NCBI GenBank assembly: GCA_964566375.1
Contig: CAZMKX010000001.1
Span: 1 to 46,931, forward strand
From: an uncultured Myxococcales bacterium
GTDB lineage: Bacteria > Myxococcota_A > UBA9160 > SZUA-336
DNA length: 46,931 bases
Direction: 5' to 3'
In this document: one piece after another, positions 32,395-39,631 of the stretch
Layout of the letters: each line of letters starts with the position of its first letter
How positions within the stretch are numbered: position 1 is the first letter of the stretch
Program-made: the position numbers and the translations under genes
The notes under the pieces: model-generated
The model's database searches: none
Seen by the model: only the letters and a program-made list of their open reading frames with translations
Told to the model about the DNA's origin: nothing

Positions 32395-32805
32395 ATGGGC
32401 GCAGCCCTGAGCCTTCTCGTCTCGCTCACCTCGATCGACTGCGGAAAGTGCGGCGGCGTCTACGCGATCAGCGAACGCTACCGCGCGCACGCGCAGGAGC
32501 ATGGGCTCACCTGGAACTGCCCGTACTGCCAGATCCCTTGGGGCTTCGTGAAGAGCGAGGCCGCCAAGCTCCGCGAGCAGCTCGCCCAGGCCGACGCTGC
32601 GATCGCGAAGCAGCGCGCCGAGCTCGAGCGCGAGCGCAGCCGCATCGCGATGGAACGGAACAGCAATCGAGTCCTGCGCGGCCACTTGACCCGCCACAAG
32701 AAGCGCGCCGCCGCAGGCGTCTGCCCGTGCTGTCAGCGCACGTTCGAGAACGTCGCGCGCCACATGAAGACGAAACACCCTCACTACGCGAAGGAGCCCG
32801 CATGA
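32395..32805 (+). CDS. Zinc-finger/coiled-coil hypothetical protein (136 aa)
   Basis: ATG 32395 with an AAAGGA SD. CGKCGG...CPYC, a coiled coil, then a C2H2-like CPCCQRTFENVARHMKTKH. Confidence 0.6.
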   Translation: MGAALSLLVSLTSIDCGKCGGVYAISERYRAHAQEHGLTWNCPYCQIPWGFVKSEAAKLREQLAQADAAIAKQRAELERERSRIAMERNSNRVLRGHLTRHKKRAAAGVCPCCQRTFENVARHMKTKHPHYAKEPA

Positions 32806-33134
32806 ACCGTATCGCACTCGTCTCCCTGCTGACCCTCGCCTGCGCCGCCCACGCCGAGCCGCCGAAGGCCGAGACGACGCCCGCGCTGCCCCGCGATCCC
32901 GTCGTCGTGCTGAACGTACCGATGCCGATCGCTGCGGTCTGCACGATCACCCCGACCGATCAGGGGAACGTGTACGCCCGCGGCCCGGCCTACGCGGGCA
33001 TGAGCTGCGCGGAGTTCGGCCGCGCGCTCCAGCAGATCGAAGCGCGCTTCGGGCCCGGCGCGACGCGGGTCGACGTGTGCGTGCCGCTCGAGCCGTGCTT
33101 CGCGGAGCAGGCGAAGGCCGCGGAGAATCAGTAA
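32802..33134 (+). CDS. Secreted small protein (110 aa, signal peptide)
   Basis: ATGA-coupled start. MNRIALVSLLTLACAAHA / EPPKAE... is a typical Sec signal peptide with an AHA cleavage motif. Confidence 0.6.
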   Translation: MNRIALVSLLTLACAAHAEPPKAETTPALPRDPVVVLNVPMPIAAVCTITPTDQGNVYARGPAYAGMSCAEFGRALQQIEARFGPGATRVDVCVPLEPCFAEQAKAAENQ

Positions 33135-33205
33135 TCCTCGGTCGTCCAACGGCAGGACAGCCGGCCTTGACCCGGCGAATGGTGGTTCGAGTCCATCCCT
33201 AGGAA
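33135..33205 (+). tRNA. tRNA-Gln(UUG)-like gene with atypical C33 and one acceptor-stem mismatch
   Basis: Hand fold. Acceptor TCCTCGG/CCTAGGA (one C-U mismatch), D arm GTCC-AACGGCA-GGAC, anticodon arm GCCGG-CCTTGAC-CCGGC, variable loop GAAT, T arm GGTGG-TTCGAGT-CCATC (one G-U pair), discriminator A. Begins right after the stop codon at 33134. Confidence 0.5.
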
Positions 33206-33207
33206 CG

Positions 33208-33849
33208 CTAGCCCCTCGCCTCCGCGATGATCGCCCGCAGCTGCGAGGCCGCCTCGGCCTTGTCGTCGTTCACGATCGCGTAGTCGAAGTCGGCACTTGA
33301 GGCTATCTGCCGACGCGCGATCTCGAGCCGCCGCGCGATCTCGACCGTCTCCATGCTGCCGCGCGCCTGCATCCGCTCGGCCAGCACCCAGAAGGCCGGC
33401 GGGTGGATGAAGATCAGGCGAGCGTCTGGCCGCAGCGCGCGGATCGCGAGCGCGCCGTTGTCTTCCATCTCGCAGAGGATGTCGAGGTCGTCGCGGAAGA
33501 ACTCGGCCTTGGAGGCGCCGTAGAGCTGGCCGGCGTAGGTCGCCGTCTCGACGAACTCGCCCGCCAAGTCGAGCTGGTGGAACTTCTCGCGTGAGACGAA
33601 GTGGTAGGCGACGCCATCGGCCTCGAGCTCGCGCCGAATCCGCGTCGTATGCGAGACGAGCGTGCGCAGCTTCGGGTCGCCTTCACAGAGCAGCCGGCAC
33701 AGCGTCGACTTGCCGACGCCGCTCGGGCCGATCAGCACGAACGGGATGCCTGCGCGCTGCGCGAGGTGCGGCATGCTCCACGTCGCCGCGTCGTAGGCTG
33801 CGCGGGCCTGCGCCTTGCGGGCGGCGTCGGTCACGTCAGCGGTCACCAC
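33208..33849 (-). CDS. gmk: Guanylate kinase homologue
   Basis: FVLIGPSGVGKSTL (P-loop), VSHTTRIRRELEADGVAYHFVSREKF, GEFVETATYAGQLYGAS, and C-terminal DYAIVNDDKAEAASQLRAIIAEAR closely parallel bacterial Gmk motifs. GTG start overlaps the upstream TGA. Confidence 0.8.
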   Translation of the reverse strand: MVTADVTDAARKAQARAAYDAATWSMPHLAQRAGIPFVLIGPSGVGKSTLCRLLCEGDPKLRTLVSHTTRIRRELEADGVAYHFVSREKFHQLDLAGEFVETATYAGQLYGASKAEFFRDDLDILCEMEDNGALAIRALRPDARLIFIHPPAFWVLAERMQARGSMETVEIARRLEIARRQIASSADFDYAIVNDDKAEAASQLRAIIAEARG

Positions 33850-34259
33850 GACTCCGAGTCCGCGCGCCCGCCGCCGTCTTCCATCTTGGCGCTGATCTCG
33901 CCGAGCATCGCGTAGAACTCCGGCCCGTGGTGCGGCATCTCCTCGCGCTCTAGACGTTGCTCCCAGCGCGCAGAGGCGGGCCAGAGGGCGCAATGCCCGT
34001 GCTCGTGATAGAGCAGGTCCACCGCCCACGAGAACGGCGCGCGCGAGTCGATCCTGACGACGAGGTGATCGTCGGCGCGGTACGTCTCGGCCACCGATTG
34101 CAGCGTCGGGGAGAGACGCTCGAAGCGCAGGCGCACCGGGAACGGCGTCGGCCAGTGTGCGGCGAGATAGCGCGCGATCTGACGAAGCCGGCGCTTGCCA
34201 TCGTTGTCCAGCGGTCGCCAGAAGCGCGGCGCGTCGGTGTCGAGGTGGTCGGGTCTCAC
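33843..34259 (-). CDS. SprT-like zinc metalloprotease domain protein
   Basis: 138 aa with a GTGA-coupled start. LLYHEHGHCALW (HExxH) followed by HHGPEFYAMLGEI, the HExxH...HGPEF...M..I spacing recalled from SprT/Spartan-type proteases. Confidence 0.6.
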   Translation of the reverse strand: MRPDHLDTDAPRFWRPLDNDGKRRLRQIARYLAAHWPTPFPVRLRFERLSPTLQSVAETYRADDHLVVRIDSRAPFSWAVDLLYHEHGHCALWPASARWEQRLEREEMPHHGPEFYAMLGEISAKMEDGGGRADSESW

Positions 34260-35356
34260 GCCGCGCGCCGCCGCACACGCTGCGGCCGCCGTTCCTTCGG
34301 GTCGCAGAGGAAGACCTGGTGGTCGGCGATCACGCCCTGGTCGCGGTCGTAGAACTGGAGCCGCTGCGAAGGCCAGCCGCAGGCCTTCATCTGCTCCTGC
34401 GCGTAGACGTTCCCGCTCTCCGGCGATGCGGTCGCGTAGAACGTGCGGTAGTTCAGCACCGCCGAGGCGTGCTGGTGGAAGTGCCCGAAGTAGAGGTTGT
34501 CCCACTCCTCGGGGATGGAGTCGATCCAGCCCCACGCGGACTTCGCGGTGCCGTACCACGGGAAGCCGGCGAACCCGCCGCGGATCTGGTCTCCGTGCAC
34601 GAGCAGCGCGCCCCAGTCGTAGGCGTAGGCGATCGCGTAGAAGCTCGGCGAGATGTTGAACGTGAGCCGGTCCGCGAGCTCGCGGCGCGGGTTCTCGTCG
34701 GTGCCGAGCAGGATGTTCCGCGTCGTCTGGTAGGCGACGCGATCCCAGTTCGTGTGCGGGTGCGCGCCCATCGACTTGAGGCCTGGCCGGCCGTGGTTCC
34801 CGCACACGCTCTCGACGCGAACCCGCTTGAAGGTCGCGAGCAGCGAGAGGATCAGGCGGACGAAGACCGCGGGCGCCGTCTTGCATGCCTGCTCGAAGAG
34901 GCCCTGGTCGATCTGGAACGCCTGCGAGGGGAAGATGTTCTCGCCCTCGACCATGTCGCCGCCGAGGAGCAGGATGCACTCGTCGATCGAGGCCGCGCTG
35001 CGCCGGATCTCGGTGATGTGCGCGGCCTTGCGCGCGAGCATCGAGAGGCGCGTCTCGGCGACGGCCGACGAGTAGGTCTCGGTCAGCTTCCCGATCTGCG
35101 TGTCGGTGACGTGGAGCAGCGCGATCTCCTGGCGGCGCTTGCGCTCTAGCTTCGGTGCCGGCGGCACGCTGAGATCGGGGCGCTCCTCCCACGCCTGCTG
35201 CACCGCCTGGAGGATGATCTCCTCGCCGCCGCGAGCTGCGTCGAGCCGACGCTTGAGCACGTCGTTCTCGCGGCGCAGCGCGCGGATCTCGACGGGCTCT
35301 GCGACGGGCGGCGAGTAGACCTCCGTCGGCGGCGCCGGCCTATCCCTTCGCTTCAT
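34256..35356 (-). CDS. Calcineurin-like metallophosphoesterase (Mre11/SbcD-like motif set) with N-terminal coiled coil
   Basis: ATG 35356. LLHVTDTQIG, LLLGGDMVEG, SVCGNHG, LLVHGD, FGHFH are the five phosphoesterase motifs in order. The N-terminal 57 aa of track ORF 34256..35527 are not credible. Confidence 0.75.
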   Translation of the reverse strand: MKRRDRPAPPTEVYSPPVAEPVEIRALRRENDVLKRRLDAARGGEEIILQAVQQAWEERPDLSVPPAPKLERKRRQEIALLHVTDTQIGKLTETYSSAVAETRLSMLARKAAHITEIRRSAASIDECILLLGGDMVEGENIFPSQAFQIDQGLFEQACKTAPAVFVRLILSLLATFKRVRVESVCGNHGRPGLKSMGAHPHTNWDRVAYQTTRNILLGTDENPRRELADRLTFNISPSFYAIAYAYDWGALLVHGDQIRGGFAGFPWYGTAKSAWGWIDSIPEEWDNLYFGHFHQHASAVLNYRTFYATASPESGNVYAQEQMKACGWPSQRLQFYDRDQGVIADHQVFLCDPKERRPQRVRRRAA

Positions 35357-35636
35357 CGTCCCAGAGCTTCCAGTTGGGGTCGTGGCCGAGATTGAGGTGT
35401 CGAGCGAGCATGGAGTTGGAGATCGTTTCCCCCCACGCTTTGGCTGCGCGACGCGCGAGGGTCGCGATGGGATACTGGGGAAGCCCCTGCGCGAAGGTGT
35501 CCGCGAGACACTTCGAGATCCACGCACTGACCTCCGGCAGCTGATCGCAGAGCCGACACTTCCCGGAGACGCCGCACCGGCTCGGGTCGTAGACCTCGGT
35601 CGGGGGGGCCTTCGTCGCGGTTGCCTTCTTCGCCAT
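35340..35636 (-). CDS. Hypothetical small protein (98 aa), possible HTH
   Basis: ATG 35636 with a GAGG SD. MAKKATATKAPPTEVYDPSRCGVSGKCRLCDQ...ISNSMLARHLNLGHD... Confidence 0.5.
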   Translation of the reverse strand: MAKKATATKAPPTEVYDPSRCGVSGKCRLCDQLPEVSAWISKCLADTFAQGLPQYPIATLARRAAKAWGETISNSMLARHLNLGHDPNWKLWDDEAKG

Positions 35637-35646
35637 CGTCACCTCG

Positions 35647-36096
35647 CTACGCCGGCCACTTCGGGTCGGTCGCGTCGCTGTAGCTGCGGTACGCGCGCCA
35701 TCCGCCGACGCGGACTCCGGCCCAGCCGAGCCACGCGCGGACGGGGCCGACGTGCTTGCTGCCGCTGCGCGCGACGAGCCAGAACACATAGTCGGCGACG
35801 TCGCGAGCTACCTGCACGCGGTAACACCAATCGTGCAGGAGCCCCGCGGTCTCGAATCGTTCACGGGGACCCATCACCCACGAGAGCACCGCAAGCGAGG
35901 GGATGGACGCGCCGTCATATACGAAGCCGGCCGGCACGGTGAGGATCGTCGTCTGATCGGGCGAGAGGACCGCGAAGGCGTCGAGGCAGGCGACACGCTC
36001 GCAGAGATCGACGGATACTTCTCGCGCGAGCACGCGGCGGCCGTCGTCGTCGAACTCGACGAGCGGGCGGCCGGTCAGGAGGCGTGCAGTAGGCAT
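35647..36096 (-). CDS. DUF1353-family protein
   Basis: ATG 36096. ...TVPAGFVYDGASIPSLAV...ETAGLLHDWCYR...ARDVADYVFW... matches the DUF1353 pattern. Confidence 0.7.
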   Translation of the reverse strand: MPTARLLTGRPLVEFDDDGRRVLAREVSVDLCERVACLDAFAVLSPDQTTILTVPAGFVYDGASIPSLAVLSWVMGPRERFETAGLLHDWCYRVQVARDVADYVFWLVARSGSKHVGPVRAWLGWAGVRVGGWRAYRSYSDATDPKWPA

Positions 36097-36097
36097 C

Positions 36098-36316
36098 TCA
36101 CCACCCCCGGAGCGTGGCGTCGCCGACGAGCGAGACGGTGTAGATCGCCTGCCGATCGCGCAGGAGCGCTGCGCGCGCGCGGGATCTGGCACGCAACCGA
36201 TCGGCATTACCGCGGCAGCGATGGCAGCGGTACGGTTTCCCATTGTAGGCTGGGCGAGCCGAGTCTTCCTGCCCGCAGCCACCCGAGCACAAGCGGTGCG
36301 TAGAGCGTCGGCTCAT
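36098..36316 (-). CDS. Small zinc-ribbon-like protein (72 aa)
   Basis: ATGA overlap with the upstream stop (36313..36316), and its own stop lies 1 nt before the next ATG. CSGGC...CHRC. Confidence 0.5.
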   Translation of the reverse strand: MSRRSTHRLCSGGCGQEDSARPAYNGKPYRCHRCRGNADRLRARSRARAALLRDRQAIYTVSLVGDATLRGW

Positions 36317-36705
36317 TCCTTCGAGCCTCCGGCTTCCAGCTTCTCGACAACCGCCTTGAGCTTCGCCGCCTTCGACGCCGCGTCTCCGGCCGCGCTCACG
36401 CCCTGCCCTGCGGCGCCGACACCCGTGCCAGCGATCACGCCGCGCACGATCGCCTCGGTCACGACGCCGCCGAACTTCACGCCGTTGTCCGAGATCCCCG
36501 TGTCCTTCGTGCTGTAGACGAACGCCTCGCAGCCGGCGGTGGCGATCTCCGTCTCGCCGGTGCCGAGCACCGTGGACGTGGTGTACTGGCGCTCGAGCGT
36601 TCCGGTGTCTTCGTTCCAGTCGCAGATCCGGGTCGCGTGCGCGCAGCCGAGCGCGAGCAGCAGCAGCGCGATCGTCAGCAGCCGAATTCGTGATAGAGCG
36701 CCCAT
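36313..36705 (-). CDS. Lipoprotein (130 aa)
   Basis: ATG 36705 with a GGAGGGA SD. MGALSRIRLLTIALLLLALGC is a signal peptide plus lipobox (LALG-C). Confidence 0.65.
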   Translation of the reverse strand: MGALSRIRLLTIALLLLALGCAHATRICDWNEDTGTLERQYTTSTVLGTGETEIATAGCEAFVYSTKDTGISDNGVKFGGVVTEAIVRGVIAGTGVGAAGQGVSAAGDAASKAAKLKAVVEKLEAGGSKE

Positions 36706-37055
36706 GCTCCCATCCCTCCGGTGATCCATCCGAGCAGGTCGACGGCGCGGTCGAGCAGGTGCGGCGGGTGATCGCCGGCGCGCGCGACCTGGTAGAGCTC
36801 GCGCACCGCGCCCGGCCCGAGCGAGAACGCGACCGCGAAGCCTGGACCGCAGCGGCCGGTGGCGTAGCGCCCGGCGGTGGCCGTGGCGGCGCCCGCCGCG
36901 GCGTGGAGCGCGAAGTCGCGCGCCGCCTTGCGGCCTTCGTTCGCGGTCAGCTTGTCGAGCCCGAGCCACCAGTCTCGCCGGTCGGCGGGTGGCGGCGTGC
37001 TCGAGCACGAGAACAGGGCCGCGGCGAGGGCAGCGACCGCGATGCCGCGCGCCAT
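36675..37055 (-). CDS. Probable lipoprotein (126 aa)
   Basis: ATG 37055. MARGIAVAALAAALFSCSSTPPP has a lipobox-like LFS-C. Confidence 0.55.
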   Translation of the reverse strand: MARGIAVAALAAALFSCSSTPPPADRRDWWLGLDKLTANEGRKAARDFALHAAAGAATATAGRYATGRCGPGFAVAFSLGPGAVRELYQVARAGDHPPHLLDRAVDLLGWITGGMGAWALYHEFGC

Positions 37056-37105
37056 TCCCCCCGTCGTGGCGAACGCTCGGGCAGCGTCTCGCCGCGGCCG
37101 ATCCT

Positions 37106-37312
37106 TCAAGGCGCGCGTCGTCCGAGCGGCATGATCCCGCCGCCGTCGTAGGGGTATGTCGCCTCGACCGGGTAGATCACCGGCGGCGCGGCCAGCTCGG
37201 CACCAGACGCCGCGATCTGGAGCGTGCAGCGCGAGCACCCGCCGGTCGACTCGACGCGCTCGCCGCAGCGCAGGCAGCGGCCGAAGACGTCGCAGGCAGG
37301 AGCCGCGCTCAC
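37106..37312 (-). CDS. Small zinc-ribbon protein (68 aa)
   Basis: GTG start in a GTGA overlap with the upstream stop. High GC3. CDVFGRCLRCG...GGCSRC. Confidence 0.5.
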   Translation of the reverse strand: MSAAPACDVFGRCLRCGERVESTGGCSRCTLQIAASGAELAAPPVIYPVEATYPYDGGGIMPLGRRAP

Positions 37313-38058
37313 GGCGCGCAGGGGCCCGACGGGACCGCCGTCCCGCGCGCGCCGAACGTGATGCAGCGGCCGAACTCGCCGGACGCGCGCGTCACGTCCG
37401 CCACGCTCACGGGTGCGCTGCCGTCGAGGTCAGGGCTCGCGAGGAAGCGCACGGTGGCCGAGACGTCCGATAGCGGACCGGGAGCCGCGCCGCTGCCCGG
37501 CGCCAGCGGTTCGACGCGCACCTCGACCGTCTCCCCCAGCCGGCTCGAGATCGTCGCCTCCGGCGCGGTGACGGCCGCCGCGAGCGTGTAGGCGCCGCCG
37601 TTGCGGGAGGCGTACACGTTGTAGGCGGTCGCGTTCTCGGCCGGCGTCCACGTCCAGCGGCCGATCACGGGAGCGCTCGGCACGTAGACCGGCAGCGTGT
37701 CGGCGCGCGCGTCGAACGCGAGGCCGGGGCCACCGATGACGATCAGCACCAGCAGCGCGGCGCGCAGCGGGGCCGCGAGCGGGAGCGTGCCGGCGCCGGG
37801 CACCGCGACGAGCGCCGCGCCATCCGGCCGAGCGAGCTTCCAGACGAGCAGCGCCGCCGCGTAGGCGTCGATCAGAGCCGCGCCGAGGCCCGCGTCGCCG
37901 GTGACGGCGTTCAGCAGCCCCGTCAGCCAGTCGAGCGTCAGGAACGCCGGCAGGTGCAGGCCGAACGACTGCGCGAGCGCGTCGCCGGCCTGAAGCAGAA
38001 GGATCAGCGCGGCCTGGACCGCGCGCGAGCGCAGGAAGAACTTCGATTTGTCGGGCAT
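37309..38058 (-). CDS. Multi-pass membrane protein with C-terminal FN3-like and Ca-loop (dockerin/EF-hand-like) segments
   Basis: AAGGAG SD. About 3 hydrophobic helices in the first 130 aa, then GRWTWTPAENATAYNVYASRNGG... (FN3-like) and SPDLDGSAPVSVADVTRASGEFG. A holin-like role is possible but unproven. Confidence 0.6.
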   Translation of the reverse strand: MPDKSKFFLRSRAVQAALILLLQAGDALAQSFGLHLPAFLTLDWLTGLLNAVTGDAGLGAALIDAYAAALLVWKLARPDGAALVAVPGAGTLPLAAPLRAALLVLIVIGGPGLAFDARADTLPVYVPSAPVIGRWTWTPAENATAYNVYASRNGGAYTLAAAVTAPEATISSRLGETVEVRVEPLAPGSGAAPGPLSDVSATVRFLASPDLDGSAPVSVADVTRASGEFGRCITFGARGTAVPSGPCAP

Positions 38059-38062
38059 GGGG

Positions 38063-38317
38063 TCACTCCTTCGTGGTGCCGGTCTCGACCGGCGTGAAGT
38101 CGACGTAGTAGTCCTGACCGGGCTGGAAGTGGTCGGCGCGGATCGTGGTGAGCTTCAGCGATCCTCCGGGCGAGGCCTTCCAGAAGGCCTTGTTCTCGTC
38201 GCTGCCGCTGACGACGGGAGAGAACTCCGCGTCGTAGACGAACCCCTCGTTGTCCGGCGCGCCGGCCCATGCCTTGCGCTTCGTGACCGCGTTGCAGGTG
38301 AACTTCGCGCGCGTCAT
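38063..38317 (-). CDS. Conserved-looking small phage protein (84 aa)
   Basis: ATG 38317 with an AAGGAG SD. MTRAKFTCNAVTKRKAW...SGSDENKAFWKASPGGSLKLTTI...GQDYYVDFTPVE. Confidence 0.6.
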   Translation of the reverse strand: MTRAKFTCNAVTKRKAWAGAPDNEGFVYDAEFSPVVSGSDENKAFWKASPGGSLKLTTIRADHFQPGQDYYVDFTPVETGTTKE

Positions 38318-38319
38318 CT

Positions 38320-38907
38320 CTACTCCTTCGTGTGGAACTCGCGCCCGATGCGGATGGCGCGGTTTTTGAAACCCTTCTCGCACCAGAGGCCGGCCTTCAC
38401 GCGCACCGGATGGCCGAGCGCGTACTCGATGCCGTCGATCTTGTCGGGCGCGAACTTTCCGAGGCGGAACCCCTCGGACCAGGCGTCGGTTCGCATGCGC
38501 AGGATCCGATAGGCGGTCTCGACGTTCCCGTGCTCGGCCGCGTAGGCCTGCATCTTGCGGATCGTCTCGTCGCCGCTCCGGCCGTCGACCTTCGCGCCGA
38601 TGAGCCCCTGAATGAGCTTCTCGCACCAGCTCTGATAGCGGGGGTCGCTGCTGTGGATGTACCAGTCGTAGGCGGCGAGGCTCACCGGCCAGGGGAAGCC
38701 ATCGCAGCCGCCGGGGATCCAGTACCGCGCGTAGCGGATCTCGCGCGCGCCTTCGGCCGTCAGCGTCGAGAGGTCGACGTCCGGGTGCGACGCGCTCGCG
38801 ATTCCGAAGCGGGTGCGTTTCCCGAGGTCGAAGGCGTGATCCGCCCAGCCGCCCTCTTCCGATGCCGTGAAGCGGTCGGCGTGGATGAACCCGGGGCTGT
38901 AGAGCAC
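38320..38907 (-). CDS. Endolysin, GH108-type muramidase with PG_binding_3-like C-terminal part
   Basis: ...FTASEEGGWADHAFDLGKRTRFGIASASHPDVDLSTLTAEGAREIRYARYW...LIGAKVDGRSGDETIRKM... matches the GH108 (E-G-G-x...D.GG.T..GI...YW) pattern. Confidence 0.75.
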   Translation of the reverse strand: MLYSPGFIHADRFTASEEGGWADHAFDLGKRTRFGIASASHPDVDLSTLTAEGAREIRYARYWIPGGCDGFPWPVSLAAYDWYIHSSDPRYQSWCEKLIQGLIGAKVDGRSGDETIRKMQAYAAEHGNVETAYRILRMRTDAWSEGFRLGKFAPDKIDGIEYALGHPVRVKAGLWCEKGFKNRAIRIGREFHTKE

Positions 38908-38908
38908 G

Positions 38909-39166
38909 TCAGGATCCGTTCATCACGCGGCGGTGTGTTTCGAGGTGCCGGTCGATGCGCTCGTGCGCGGCCCCGGCGGTGTCTCGCACCGCGCCGATCT
39001 CGCGGCCGAGGTCGCCCTTCGCCGCGGAGATGTCGTCCTTGACGTCGGCTTTCAGCTCGTCGAGCTTCGCGTGCAGGCTGCTCACGCTGCCGCGCAGCGC
39101 GCCGTAGGAGACTCCGGCCATCGCGGCCATCCCGACGAGCTGGAAGCCGATCTGAGCCCAGTCCAT
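38909..39166 (-). CDS. Small membrane-anchored coiled-coil protein (holin or i-spanin-like)
   Basis: 85 aa. N-terminal TM IGFQLVGMAAMAGVSYGAL followed by a charged helix. Lies immediately upstream of the endolysin. GGTGAGG SD. Confidence 0.55.
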   Translation of the reverse strand: MDWAQIGFQLVGMAAMAGVSYGALRGSVSSLHAKLDELKADVKDDISAAKGDLGREIGAVRDTAGAAHERIDRHLETHRRVMNGS

Positions 39167-39169
39167 CCG

Positions 39170-39631
39170 CTACCTCACCCACTCGTCACCGACGAGCCGT
39201 GAACCGAGCGCGTTCTGGAATCTCATGAGATCGCCGATCGACACGGTCCCGTCTTCGTTGAAGTCTGGGTAGCCACACCAGACGCGCCACGGACCCGGCT
39301 CGCGCTCACGCACCGTCGCGTCGGGCAGCCGGTCGTGGTATCGCATCGGGTCCGCGTCGATCTTCATCTCGTGGACCGCAAAGCGCGCCTTCACACAACG
39401 CGGCAGCGACACGACCGCACCCGTGTACCCGCGCGTCATCGCGACGACCTCCCACGCGGCGCTCTCGGCTGCGTCCTGCCGATAGATCGCGTAGGCGTTC
39501 ACGTCGGGATTCGGCGGCGCCGGAGCTTCCCACGAGAGCCAGAAGGTGCGCTGCGCCATGAGGCGAGGTTCCTGCGCGCTCGCGATGGATGCAGCCAACA
39601 CCACCGCTGCCACGAGACACGAGCGCATCAT
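39170..39631 (-). CDS. Secreted protein with FN3-like and dockerin/EF-hand-like loop
   Basis: Signal peptide MMRSCLVAAVVLAASIASA / QEP. LSWEAPAPPNPDVNAYAIYRQ (FN3-like). DFNEDGTVSIGDLMRFQNALG (dockerin-type Ca loop). Confidence 0.6.
   Translation of the reverse strand: MMRSCLVAAVVLAASIASAQEPRLMAQRTFWLSWEAPAPPNPDVNAYAIYRQDAAESAAWEVVAMTRGYTGAVVSLPRCVKARFAVHEMKIDADPMRYHDRLPDATVREREPGPWRVWCGYPDFNEDGTVSIGDLMRFQNALGSRLVGDEWVR

Noticed and set aside
30580-32817. 745-aa minus-strand ORF across integrase, attP and downstream genes
   Set aside because: It is antisense to the integrase, which has R...HxxR...Y motifs. It also runs through the non-coding attP region and has Arg/Ala-rich junk composition.
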